Source: Pseudomonadota bacterium
GTDB taxonomy: Bacteria > Pseudomonadota > Alphaproteobacteria > MPNO01 > UBA830
Length of the DNA stretch: 64,000 nucleotides
NCBI GenBank assembly: GCA_036339975.1
Contig: JAYYZV010000020.1
Location: 10,430-74,429, forward strand
Direction: 5' to 3'
Shown here: positions 56,257 to 64,000 of the stretch, in pieces
How positions within the stretch are numbered: position 1 is the stretch's first letter
How the letters are laid out: each line of letters begins with the position of its first letter
Program-made: the position numbers and the translations under genes
Notes under the pieces: generated by a model
What the model was told of the DNA's origin: nothing
The model's input: the letters and a program-made list of their open reading frames with translations, nothing else
Databases searched by the model: none

Positions 56257-58626
56257 ATGATCCTGAATTCTCGCACATATCTAAAATTCGTAGCGACCGC
56301 GCTGCTAATTTTTCTATCCGCCGCGTTGCAACACGCGATCGCGCAGGAGCCTGAGGCGGCTGCGGTGAAGCAGGTGCAGGGTGAAGCTCTACAAAACTCC
56401 GTTGCCAAACACCAAGAGATGGCAAAACGATTGGCGCTCGAAGAATCAGGGGTTAGCGTAGACGATGTTGAAGACTTGATCGGCACGCTGGAAGACCCCG
56501 ATGCGCGCGGTCGGCTGCTCAGCCAATTGAAAACACTGAAAGCGAGTGTTGACTCCAAACCGCCTCCGGCAGTCAAACAGCCTAGTCGGTTCGGCGGCCA
56601 GATTGTCGAAATTCTGTCGGAACGGATTGACCGGGTCAGCGAAGAGCTCGCTATCGGGGCTGCGGTTCTTCTAGACGCGCCGAGGCTCGTCGACTGGTTT
56701 CATCGTCAGATTTCGGTTTCGGAAAGCCGGCAGATCTGGGTCGAGGTGCTATGGAAAGTCTTGGCGGTGCTGGGCGCTGGTTTTTTTGCGGGATGGACGG
56801 TCAGACTCTTGCTTGCCAGAACCCGCACCGCGATCGAAGGCAGGGACCGTGAATCCATCTGGATTCGGCTTCCGTTTTTGTTCGCGCGGACATTGGTAGA
56901 TATTGTGCCGATCGCTGCGTTCGCGGTGGTTGCTTATCTGGTGCTGCCGCTTCTCCATCCGGGTGAGATTACGCGCCTGGTGGCTATATCGCTTGTGAAT
57001 GCGAGCGTTATCGCGCGGGCGATCATGGCATCGGCGCGTATGTTCTTTGTACCACGCGCGACTAATCTGCGGGTTCTGCAGATCGGCGACGAAAGCGCCA
57101 ACTATATCGTACTGTGGATCCGTCGCCTAACCAACCTTACAGTATACGGCTACTTTCTAGCCGAAGCTGGCCTCCTGCTGGGTCTGTCGCAGGGCGGTTA
57201 CCTCGCACTGATGAAGATCGTCGGATTGTTGACGACGTTGCTGCTGATCATCTTCATCCTGCAAAACCGCCGGGTCGTCGCTGGCTGGGTGAGCGGGCCG
57301 GAATCCTCTGGTTTTCCCGGCCTTCAGTTGCTGCGCCGCCGCCTAGGAGATGTTTGGCACGTACTTAGCATCATCTATCTCGTCGCTGTTTATATTGTCT
57401 GGGCACTTGAGGTTTCGGGCGGTTTCGATGTTGTTTTCCGGGCGACCGCGTTTAGCATCGTAATCCTGTTAGCGGCAAAAATGCTGATGATTGGGTCGCA
57501 TCACGCGGTGCAAAAGGGGTTTGGTGTGCGTAGGGAAGTGATTGCGCAGTACCCAGGACTGGCGCAACGCGCAAACCGATATTTTGCGATCCTAAACGTA
57601 GTGATCACCGCTGCCATCGCGATCGTCGCGGTGTTCGCAATCCTACAAGCCTGGGGCGTTGATTCCTTTGCCTGGGTGGGGACGGAGACCGGGCGTCGTG
57701 TCATTGGAAGCGCAATATCCAGCCTGTTCGTGATCGTGATCGCGGTGGTATTCTGGGAGATGATCTCGTCCGTGATTGAGCGTTATCTGGCGCGCAGCGA
57801 CGAGGGAGAGTTAGAACTCAGCGCCCGGGCGAAAACCCTGCTGCCTCTTCTGCGCAGGGCACTGCTGGTCGTCGTTTCGACCGTCGTTAGTTTTATCGTT
57901 CTGTCCGAAATTGGGGTCAACATCGGCCCGCTGCTGGCTGGGGCTGGCGTGATCGGTCTGGCCGTCGGGTTCGGGTCCCAGACTTTAGTAAAGGATGTGA
58001 TTACTGGCGTGTTCATTCTCGCCGAAGACCAGTTCGCCGTCGGCGATGTGGTGTGTGTAAACGAAAAATCGGGCGTGGTTGAGGAAATTACGATACGCAC
58101 AATTCGATTTCGGGACCTCGGCGGCAATGTCCACATGATCCCGTTTAGTTCGGTCGGTATGGTCGAGAACATGACCAAAGATTTTTCGCGTTATGTGTTT
58201 GATGTCGGGATCGCCTACCGGGAGGATGTGGACGAAGTTATCGAAGTTTTGCGTGTTCTCGGGGCCGAGATGCAGGAAGACGACTATTACGGCCCCTTAA
58301 TTAACCAGCCGATTGAGATCATGGGGCTCGACAAGTTCGCTGACTCGGCGGTAGTGGTCCGCGCGCGGCTTACCACAAAACCGATTAAGCAGTGGGAAGT
58401 TGGCCGTGAATTCAATCGCCGTATGAAACGAAAATTTGACAACCTGGGAATTGAGATTCCGTTTCCACATCAGACCATCTATTTTGGGGAAGATAAATCT
58501 GGCGGCGCCCCAACCGGTTATATCGAAGTGCGCGATCGCCGGGACAAGATAAAAGACCCGCCGAAGCAGTCTGTCCGTTCGGTCCGCACCGACAGTGTCG
58601 ATAACGTGTCCGATGACGGCGAATAG
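56257..58626 (+). CDS. Large MscS-family mechanosensitive channel (MscK/MscM-like)
   Basis: Signal peptide, a long periplasmic and multi-TM N-terminal part, and the C-terminal MscS core LVKDVITGVFILAEDQFAVGDVV...IRTIRFRDLGGNVHMIPFS. Confidence 0.8.
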   Translation: MILNSRTYLKFVATALLIFLSAALQHAIAQEPEAAAVKQVQGEALQNSVAKHQEMAKRLALEESGVSVDDVEDLIGTLEDPDARGRLLSQLKTLKASVDSKPPPAVKQPSRFGGQIVEILSERIDRVSEELAIGAAVLLDAPRLVDWFHRQISVSESRQIWVEVLWKVLAVLGAGFFAGWTVRLLLARTRTAIEGRDRESIWIRLPFLFARTLVDIVPIAAFAVVAYLVLPLLHPGEITRLVAISLVNASVIARAIMASARMFFVPRATNLRVLQIGDESANYIVLWIRRLTNLTVYGYFLAEAGLLLGLSQGGYLALMKIVGLLTTLLLIIFILQNRRVVAGWVSGPESSGFPGLQLLRRRLGDVWHVLSIIYLVAVYIVWALEVSGGFDVVFRATAFSIVILLAAKMLMIGSHHAVQKGFGVRREVIAQYPGLAQRANRYFAILNVVITAAIAIVAVFAILQAWGVDSFAWVGTETGRRVIGSAISSLFVIVIAVVFWEMISSVIERYLARSDEGELELSARAKTLLPLLRRALLVVVSTVVSFIVLSEIGVNIGPLLAGAGVIGLAVGFGSQTLVKDVITGVFILAEDQFAVGDVVCVNEKSGVVEEITIRTIRFRDLGGNVHMIPFSSVGMVENMTKDFSRYVFDVGIAYREDVDEVIEVLRVLGAEMQEDDYYGPLINQPIEIMGLDKFADSAVVVRARLTTKPIKQWEVGREFNRRMKRKFDNLGIEIPFPHQTIYFGEDKSGGAPTGYIEVRDRRDKIKDPPKQSVRSVRTDSVDNVSDDGE

Positions 58627-58632
58627 GGCGGC

Positions 58633-59424
58633 GTGAGTTCGTTTTCCCGAGATATGGGCCGCGTTAACTGGATTGGCCTGTGGACTCACTATTCGAAAGA
58701 AGTGCAACGGTTCTGGAAGGTTGCCTTCCAGACGCTGATTGCGCCCATGGTCACGACCGTATTGTTCCTCGCCGTCTTCACGCTAGCGCTTGGCCGCGCG
58801 GTTGAAACGGTAAAGGGCGTGCCGTTTGAGGTGTTTCTCGCGCCCGGTCTGATCGTGTTTGCCATCATACAAAACTCCTTTGCCAACACGTCATCGTCTA
58901 TGCTGATACTAAAAATACAGGGAAGTATCGTCGACTTGCTGATGCCGCCGCTGGCGGCGGGCGAATTAGTGCTAGGGTTTATCGCCGGTAGCGTGACACG
59001 TGGCGTGATTGTTGGAACGCTTGTCGGTGCCGTTATGTGGCTGTTTACCGATCTGGAGATCGTTAATCCATGGATTGTCATTTTCCACGGCGTGGGCGCG
59101 TCGATAATGCTGTCTTTGATCGGGTTGATCACCGCGATCTGGGCAGACAAATACGATAACGTCGCCTCCATAACCAACTTCGTAATCACGCCACTTTCGT
59201 TCTTGTCGGGCACGTTCTATTCGATAGACCGTCTGCCAGACATCTGGCACACCGTTGCGCAGTTCAATCCGTTTTTTTACATGATTGACGGTTTCCGATC
59301 CGGCTTTATCGGCACGTCGGACGCGCCGGTCTGGACGGGTATCGTCGTCATCACGTTTTTAAATTTGTTCCTGTGGGTGATATGTCATCAACTGTTTGCA
59401 CGGGGCTGGAAATTGAAGGATTGA
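58633..59424 (+). CDS. ABC-2 type transporter permease (YadH-like)
   Basis: 263-aa ORF with 6 TM helices. The N-terminus WTHYSKEVQRFWKVAFQTLIAPM parallels E. coli YadH. It has a GTG start 6 nt after the channel gene's stop. No ATPase gene is adjacent. Confidence 0.7.
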   Translation: MSSFSRDMGRVNWIGLWTHYSKEVQRFWKVAFQTLIAPMVTTVLFLAVFTLALGRAVETVKGVPFEVFLAPGLIVFAIIQNSFANTSSSMLILKIQGSIVDLLMPPLAAGELVLGFIAGSVTRGVIVGTLVGAVMWLFTDLEIVNPWIVIFHGVGASIMLSLIGLITAIWADKYDNVASITNFVITPLSFLSGTFYSIDRLPDIWHTVAQFNPFFYMIDGFRSGFIGTSDAPVWTGIVVITFLNLFLWVICHQLFARGWKLKD

Positions 59425-59475
59425 TCCGCCGCCGCATTATCTAACCTGCCCCTGTTTATTAATTATTAATTTGTA

Positions 59476-59515
59476 CAGAGTTATGGCCGTCGCCCCAGAG
59501 TTATGGCCGTCGCCA
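59476..59515. repeat. 20-bp tandem duplication (19/20 identical) spanning a stop codon
   Basis: cagagttatggccgtcgccc (59476-59495) is followed immediately by cagagttatggccgtcgcca (59496-59515). The second copy holds the last codons and stop of the 59501-59944 gene. Confidence 0.9.
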
Positions 59516-59944
59516 ATGAACCCAGGCGTTGACGATAGTGCCGTCTGGCCATTCTCGGGACAGCAGCAATTTCATCTCGCCGCCGGGCATAAGTTTGATG
59601 CCACGCGACTGTTCTCCGCCTACCCATCCGGGGTTGAGTGCGAACTCCACCTTTGTGATCAAGGTATCGTTTTCCACCCGCCACCGACCACCGTAAGAGA
59701 TATATGTATCGTATGCGGCTAGCCGGTGGGCGTCCGGCGCATCCGTGTGCCACGCTGGATTTCCAGGTAGTGGGGGGCGTCCGCCGTGACAGAGCGAAGC
59801 GTTCATCCATCCGTCCGGTGAAATAATGACCATTCCTCGTGGATCGTCGCCGTACCGTTCGAGAGCAATCTGCTGGTCGTTTGGGTCATCGTTGCCGCGC
59901 GCCACCACCAGCCAAGTGCCGGTAATGTCATGATCGGTGATCAT
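59501..59944 (-). CDS. Lipocalin-like domain protein
   Basis: The N-terminus MITDHDITGTWLVV is typical of the bacterial lipocalin-like domain. The ATG at 59944 overlaps the RidA stop (ATGA). Confidence 0.5.
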   Translation of the reverse strand: MITDHDITGTWLVVARGNDDPNDQQIALERYGDDPRGMVIISPDGWMNASLCHGGRPPLPGNPAWHTDAPDAHRLAAYDTYISYGGRWRVENDTLITKVEFALNPGWVGGEQSRGIKLMPGGEMKLLLSREWPDGTIVNAWVHWRRP

Positions 59945-60444
59945 TGGTTTTCTCCGGTTTCGAACGAGCATTTCCTCAACTTGGCGACCAGATCAATCAT
60001 TACCGGCGCATTTTGGGGCAGACGCATCATGCCAAGGACGCTTCTGGGGTGACGGCCGTCGTTGCCGAACGCCGTTATGAAGACCTTCGATGCTTGGTCG
60101 GCGACCCGTGACATGCCGTCGAAATCTGGAGTGCAGGCGATATAACATTTTAACTGGAGAACGCCGGCCACCTGATCCAGATCGCCTTCTGCGGCTACGC
60201 GCAGCCAGTTAAGCGCTTGTAGCGCGCAGATCTGCATCTGGCGGCACGCCTCCTCTTCCGCTACTTCAGCACTGACTCGACCAAGGCTCTGTACCGCGCC
60301 GGTTTCCTTGGCGAGCGTGCCCGCTAGATAGACTGTATCTCCGCTGCGTTTGAAAGGGTCGTAGTCGTATGCCGGGCCTTCGGGTGGCGGCAGGGACAAG
60401 CCGATGGCGGCCAGGCGGTTTTCGGTCTGGCTGGTATGTATCAT
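59941..60444 (-). CDS. RidA/YjgF family protein
   Basis: YLAGTLA..., and a C-terminus RSVLGMMRLPQNAPVMIDLV typical of the family. The ATG at 60444 is preceded by GGAG. Confidence 0.7.
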   Translation of the reverse strand: MIHTSQTENRLAAIGLSLPPPEGPAYDYDPFKRSGDTVYLAGTLAKETGAVQSLGRVSAEVAEEEACRQMQICALQALNWLRVAAEGDLDQVAGVLQLKCYIACTPDFDGMSRVADQASKVFITAFGNDGRHPRSVLGMMRLPQNAPVMIDLVAKLRKCSFETGENQ

Positions 60445-60536
60445 GGGTGCTCCGTATTTTGTCATTCTGCACCCTAGCAGGATTGGCGGCAGCATGCGTA
60501 TAGTCTGCGGCATAATCCACCGAACCGGGACCTCCG

Positions 60537-61514
60537 ATGATCGTTATTGACGGCTGCCAGTACGCAAACTGGTCCGAGAAAATTTTCCGAGAGATGAATG
60601 AAGGTGGGGTTTCCGCCGTCCATGTGACTATTTGTTATCACGAGGATTTCCGTGAAACAGTACAGAATATGGCCGATTGGAACCGGATGTTTGAATGCCA
60701 CCCTGAGCTGATTATGCCGGGCCGGACGGCGGATGATGTCCGGGAGGCATATGCGAATGGAAAGACGGCAATCGTTTTCGGTTTCCAGAACTGTTCGCCG
60801 ATTGAGGACGATATCGGGCTTGTTGAAATATGCCATCAGCTCGGCGCACGCTTTATGCAGCTCACCTACAATAACCAAAGTCTTCTCGCGACCGGTTGCT
60901 ATGAGAAAAACGATACCGGCGTCACGCGTATGGGCCGCCAGGTTATTGCAGAAATGAATCGGGTAGGGCTTGTGGTCGACATGAGCCACTCCGGAGAACG
61001 TTCAACGTTAGAGGCAATCGAAATCTCCGAGCGCCCCATCGCTATCACGCATGCCAATCCGACTTTTTGGCATCCTGCTCTTCGCAATAAATCTGATGCG
61101 GTTCTAAAAGCGCTGGGGGACAGTGGTGGTATGCTCGGGTTTTCTCTTTATCCTCATCACCTGAGGGGCAAATCAGACTGCACCGCCGAAGATTTTTGCG
61201 ACATGGCCGCTCGCAGTGCCAATCTGATGGGTGTCGATCACATCGGGATTGGGAGCGATCTGTGTCAGGATCAGCCTGATAGTGTAGTTAATTGGATGCG
61301 GGTAGGGCGCTGGACCAAGGATATTGACTACGGCGAAGGATCGGCTGCCGATGCGGGGTTTCCGCCCGCGCTATCCTGGTTCGGCAGTAATCTGGATTTT
61401 GGAAATATCGCGGAGGGCCTGCGGGTGCGAGGCTTCAACGAGGACGACGTGGAAAAGGTGATGGGCGGCAACTGGCTACGGTTTTTCGAGCAATCTTTTG
61501 GGCCGGCATCTTAA
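60537..61514 (+). CDS. Peptidase M19 family (renal-type) dipeptidase
   Basis: VIDGCQ start, RFMQLTYNNQS, VVDMSHSGERS, ITHANP and IGIGSDL motifs. Confidence 0.8.
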   Translation: MIVIDGCQYANWSEKIFREMNEGGVSAVHVTICYHEDFRETVQNMADWNRMFECHPELIMPGRTADDVREAYANGKTAIVFGFQNCSPIEDDIGLVEICHQLGARFMQLTYNNQSLLATGCYEKNDTGVTRMGRQVIAEMNRVGLVVDMSHSGERSTLEAIEISERPIAITHANPTFWHPALRNKSDAVLKALGDSGGMLGFSLYPHHLRGKSDCTAEDFCDMAARSANLMGVDHIGIGSDLCQDQPDSVVNWMRVGRWTKDIDYGEGSAADAGFPPALSWFGSNLDFGNIAEGLRVRGFNEDDVEKVMGGNWLRFFEQSFGPAS

Positions 61515-61523
61515 TACGCGTGT

Positions 61524-61895
61524 TTATTCTGCCGCGTCTAGAATGTGTTGTGGCGTCGAGGAAACCACCTCTCCATATTTGGGGACGAACGCACCTTTGT
61601 CTAAATCCTCGATAAACGTCACGAATTCCGGCGCTATGTCTTTCAGTTCCACCAAAATGCGTTTGTGCTCCTCTACGCTGGCCCATTCGCCTATTAGCCA
61701 GAAATGGTCTTTGTCCTCGGTGTCGCGCAGCATAACGCCGTCCTTCACCTGATAGGGTGATTTGTGCATCGGGTTGCTATCCGAGTAGTCGAACTCCTCG
61801 AATTTCTTGATGAATTTCTCACCCGTGCCAGGCTTCACCCGGAAATCATAGATATGAAAAAAGTTTCCTTTATCGGCAAGTGGTATGAGTGCCAT
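61524..61895 (-). CDS. ABM-like (dimeric alpha/beta barrel) protein
   Basis: 123-aa ORF. HIYDFRVKPGTGEKFIKKFEE...HFWLIGEWASVEEHKRI follows the antibiotic-biosynthesis-monooxygenase domain pattern. Confidence 0.45.
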   Translation of the reverse strand: MALIPLADKGNFFHIYDFRVKPGTGEKFIKKFEEFDYSDSNPMHKSPYQVKDGVMLRDTEDKDHFWLIGEWASVEEHKRILVELKDIAPEFVTFIEDLDKGAFVPKYGEVVSSTPQHILDAAE

Positions 61896-61933
61896 GGCGT
61901 CTCTTCCTCTGGGTTGATTTCGTGTCGCTTTAG

Positions 61934-62437
61934 CTACACGGGAAATACAAGACAGTTGTCTATCATTACACTGTCATAGGTGCAGATGCGTTCCTTTAAC
62001 AAAAGTTTACCATTGTCGCGAATGAACACGTCGCGGTACTTGCCGACTTGCTGAATCCGGCTCGTTTCTTCCACTAACGTCTCAATCAGGGTGTAGTTTG
62101 CTGCCGCCGTGAGCTCTTTCCCGTCAATTGACAGTGCGCGGGTATTGGTGATTGACAGGTGCAGGTATCGCGGTGCGAACATCTCGGTGTTTAGCAAGGC
62201 ATAGGCCCGGTCTTTCATCATCGCCTTGCCTTCGCAATATATTAGGCCGAGCGGTAGGCCAGATTCGGCATTGTCGCGGGCTATAACGTGATAGAACGCA
62301 TCGTCGGTAAAATATTCTACCCAGCGGTCAACATCCATTGCATCTAGCGTTTCCGCGTAGGCATAATTGAACTCCTCGATTTCCATTCGGGCTTCGAGGA
62401 GGGCAGCCTTTTTGTCCTGGATCGCCGTAGCCATCAT
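61934..62437 (-). CDS. Ring-hydroxylating dioxygenase beta subunit
   Basis: A 167-aa product starting MMATAIQ. The ATG at 62437 overlaps the alpha-subunit stop (GGATGATGG). It has NTF2-like beta-subunit features (EEFNYAYAETLD...W..YFTDDAFY). Confidence 0.7.
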   Translation of the reverse strand: MMATAIQDKKAALLEARMEIEEFNYAYAETLDAMDVDRWVEYFTDDAFYHVIARDNAESGLPLGLIYCEGKAMMKDRAYALLNTEMFAPRYLHLSITNTRALSIDGKELTAAANYTLIETLVEETSRIQQVGKYRDVFIRDNGKLLLKERICTYDSVMIDNCLVFPV

Positions 62438-63705
62438 CCGAATTCCATTACGTCGCGATAATAGCGGTACATACCGCGAATTGCTCGCTCGGTGATGATT
62501 GTTTCGGTCGGTTCGTCGTCTTCGCCGAGAACGGCGAGGCCTTCGCGCGGCATTGCTTTGCGCACCCCGTCCTGCAGAAATTTGAGTGCCTCGTTGTCCT
62601 CTATCCCGAGAAAACCTGCAGGTCCGAATATATTGTTTTGGCGCAGGCGGTGGCGGGTCATTTCGTCGTCGTCGTCGACCCGGCCGAACACCGTCCACAA
62701 CATCATGAATTCATTAGGACCGCGCGGAACCAGAAGCCGGGTGTTTAGGATGTTGGTCTGGCGTAGCGCGGTCAGTGTCGGGAATATCGTCAGGACAGAT
62801 CCAGACCACTTCGAATTCACTTCCCGGAAAAATGACAGCACCCGTGGGTCGTGCAGTTTCATCGTTTTCTTAAATGCCTGCATGCTCGCCTGATCTTCTT
62901 CCGATACGTCGGGCCGGCCGTCAGAGCGGCGGGATAAGAGACCTCCGTGCCGACCGGTCTTATCAGTTGGTATGTTGGATTCGTTGGACGAAACGAACAA
63001 ACCGAACGTCGTCAGATAAGTATGTAGCAAGGTGGCGTGATAGGGGTCTTTCAGGTTCTCTTGATACAGCTTCCAGTTGCTTGGCAAGATGTTGCGGTGA
63101 ATTCCCAGTAGTTTGAACTCCGTACCATCGAAAGTCGCATCGAACTCGGCACAAATCTCAGGGCCGAGATATTCTTCAACGGATTCCATGTCGTCGCAGG
63201 CGGTAGCAAAGATCACCCCGCCCCGTGTGGCGACATGGAAACGCCGTAGTCCGAAGTCGGACATATCAAAATCCTTCGGCGCGCCACCTTTTCCCTTTAC
63301 CCCACGCCGGAACGGGATAGCAGTCAAATTGCCTTTTAGGTCATATGTCCAGTTGTGATAAGGGCAGATGAAGCTATCGGCAGTGCCACGGTATTCGCGG
63401 CAGAACTCTACCCCACGATGGGCGCAGCGGTTCTCGAAGACGTGGAGTTCGCCTTCCGCGTCCCGCGTGAGGATCACTGGAAAGGGGCCTACATAAGACC
63501 GAATATAGTTACCAGGTTTAGAAACTTCACATTCGAGGCCCACATAATTCCAGTGGCGGCCTAGAAAAATCTTGTCGATTTCGCGTTCGTATACGCTCTG
63601 ATCAGTGTAAATCCAGTCCGGAATGCGCGTTTCGTCCGTTGGCCAAGTATGGTCGGTGCTATTGTGCCGGTCGGAATTTGCAGTCAACCTATTGTCGCCG
63701 TCCAT
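62434..63705 (-). CDS. Rieske ring-hydroxylating dioxygenase alpha subunit
   Basis: Rieske motif CAHRGVEFC...CPYHNW and a catalytic domain with NLKDPYHATLLH, in a 423-aa ORF. Confidence 0.85.
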   Translation of the reverse strand: MDGDNRLTANSDRHNSTDHTWPTDETRIPDWIYTDQSVYEREIDKIFLGRHWNYVGLECEVSKPGNYIRSYVGPFPVILTRDAEGELHVFENRCAHRGVEFCREYRGTADSFICPYHNWTYDLKGNLTAIPFRRGVKGKGGAPKDFDMSDFGLRRFHVATRGGVIFATACDDMESVEEYLGPEICAEFDATFDGTEFKLLGIHRNILPSNWKLYQENLKDPYHATLLHTYLTTFGLFVSSNESNIPTDKTGRHGGLLSRRSDGRPDVSEEDQASMQAFKKTMKLHDPRVLSFFREVNSKWSGSVLTIFPTLTALRQTNILNTRLLVPRGPNEFMMLWTVFGRVDDDDEMTRHRLRQNNIFGPAGFLGIEDNEALKFLQDGVRKAMPREGLAVLGEDDEPTETIITERAIRGMYRYYRDVMEFG

Positions 63706-63898
63706 CGTTCCTTCTCCCGCCGAAAACGCGCTGCCGCAGTATTCCGGACGACGGCTCTGGCATCAAGGTTATTGTGAGGCGCAGAAATCCAAGCAAAACC
63801 GCCGTTGACAGCACAGGCCTACCTCAACATACTCCCGCTTTTTTTCGGCTTGGAAACTGGCCGATTGGATTCGGGCGGGTGCGCCCGGGAGAATGCCG

Positions 63899-64000
63899 GT
63901 GAACCAATCAGTAATGCCATCCTACGGGCGAACGGACATTGCCTTTGAAAAAGGCGAAGGTCCATACCTTTACGCGCCTGACGGACGCAAATTTCTCGAC
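63899..64000 (+). CDS. Acetylornithine/succinyl-diaminopimelate aminotransferase-like (ArgD family), N-terminal fragment; 3' end lies outside the window
   Basis: My translation (V)NQSVMPSYGRTDIAFEKGEGPYLYAPDGRKFLD matches the ArgD N-terminal pattern MPTYxRxDxxFxRGEG...DGxxxLD. The start is either GTG 63899 or ATG 63914. Confidence 0.55.
   Translation, partial: MNQSVMPSYGRTDIAFEKGEGPYLYAPDGRKFLD

Noticed and set aside
62438-62698. An arginine-rich 87-residue N-terminal extension on the ORF-track version of the dioxygenase beta subunit (MDGVRPGRRRRRNDPPPP…).
   Set aside because: It lies entirely inside the 3' end of the alpha-subunit gene in another frame, and its composition is typical of an off-frame read of GC-rich coding DNA. 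The ATG at 62437, overlapping the alpha stop, gives a normal 167-aa beta subunit.
1-64000. CRISPR arrays, defence systems, toxin-antitoxin pairs, retrons/DGRs, insertion sequences, prophage genes and rRNA.
   Set aside because: Reading both strands, I saw no regularly spaced repeats, no cas, reverse-transcriptase, integrase or transposase-like translations, and no small paired ORFs with TA-like features. The only repeat found is the 20-bp duplication at 59476-59515.

Overview
The window reads as ordinary chromosomal DNA from a moderately GC-rich proteobacterium. Gene content and order (tkt-gap-pgk, HupE/UreJ, a ZrgA-type zinc system, many SDR/EamA/MFS genes) suggest an alphaproteobacterium, but that is inference only. 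I can support about 58 protein-coding genes, one tRNA-Arg(ACG), one intrinsic terminator, one Zur-box-like palindrome and one 20-bp tandem duplication. I recognised no rRNA, CRISPR array, transposase, integrase, phage gene or known defence system.

Content from 5' to 3':
- A tightly packed seven-gene operon: TPP enzyme, PaaK-like, LplA-like, DUF123, crotonase, NMO and 3-hydroxyacyl-CoA dehydrogenase.
- A divergent asparaginase-fold protein.
- A Zur-box-associated ZrgA/ABC zinc-uptake cluster with a DUF3299 partner.
- Two SDR genes, then tkt-gap-pgk.
- A redox neighbourhood: a putative diiron protein, an SdhA-like flavoprotein with a truncated SdhB-like 2Fe-2S protein, and an XDH-family molybdenum subunit translationally coupled to a VanA-type Rieske oxygenase.
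- NUDIX, then HMG-CoA lyase, MFS and a CaiB-type CoA-transferase.
- A glutathione-themed block: two EamA paralogs, two GstB-like GSTs and GGT, with rlmI embedded.
- panBC, a flavin reductase, a coiled-coil lipoprotein and tRNA-Arg.
- BenE, HupE, a BisC-type molybdoenzyme, TauD, a cupin and a SnoaL-like protein.
- A second orphan CoxL-like subunit with CoxG, then EamA, SDR, MFS and fhs.
- An FAD oxidoreductase, and an MscS-family channel followed by an orphan ABC-2 permease.
- RidA with a lipocalin-like protein, an M19 dipeptidase, a Rieske dioxygenase alpha/beta pair with an ABM-like protein, and the start of an ArgD-like aminotransferase.

The best candidates for undescribed biology are three unusual enzyme-gene combinations:
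- the diiron / SdhA-like / 2Fe-2S trio
- the Mo-subunit-Rieske coupling without CoxS/CoxM
- the PaaK-like / LplA-like / DUF123 operon

All family calls come from reading motifs in the supplied translations. No database search was possible, so they need HMM or BLAST confirmation.
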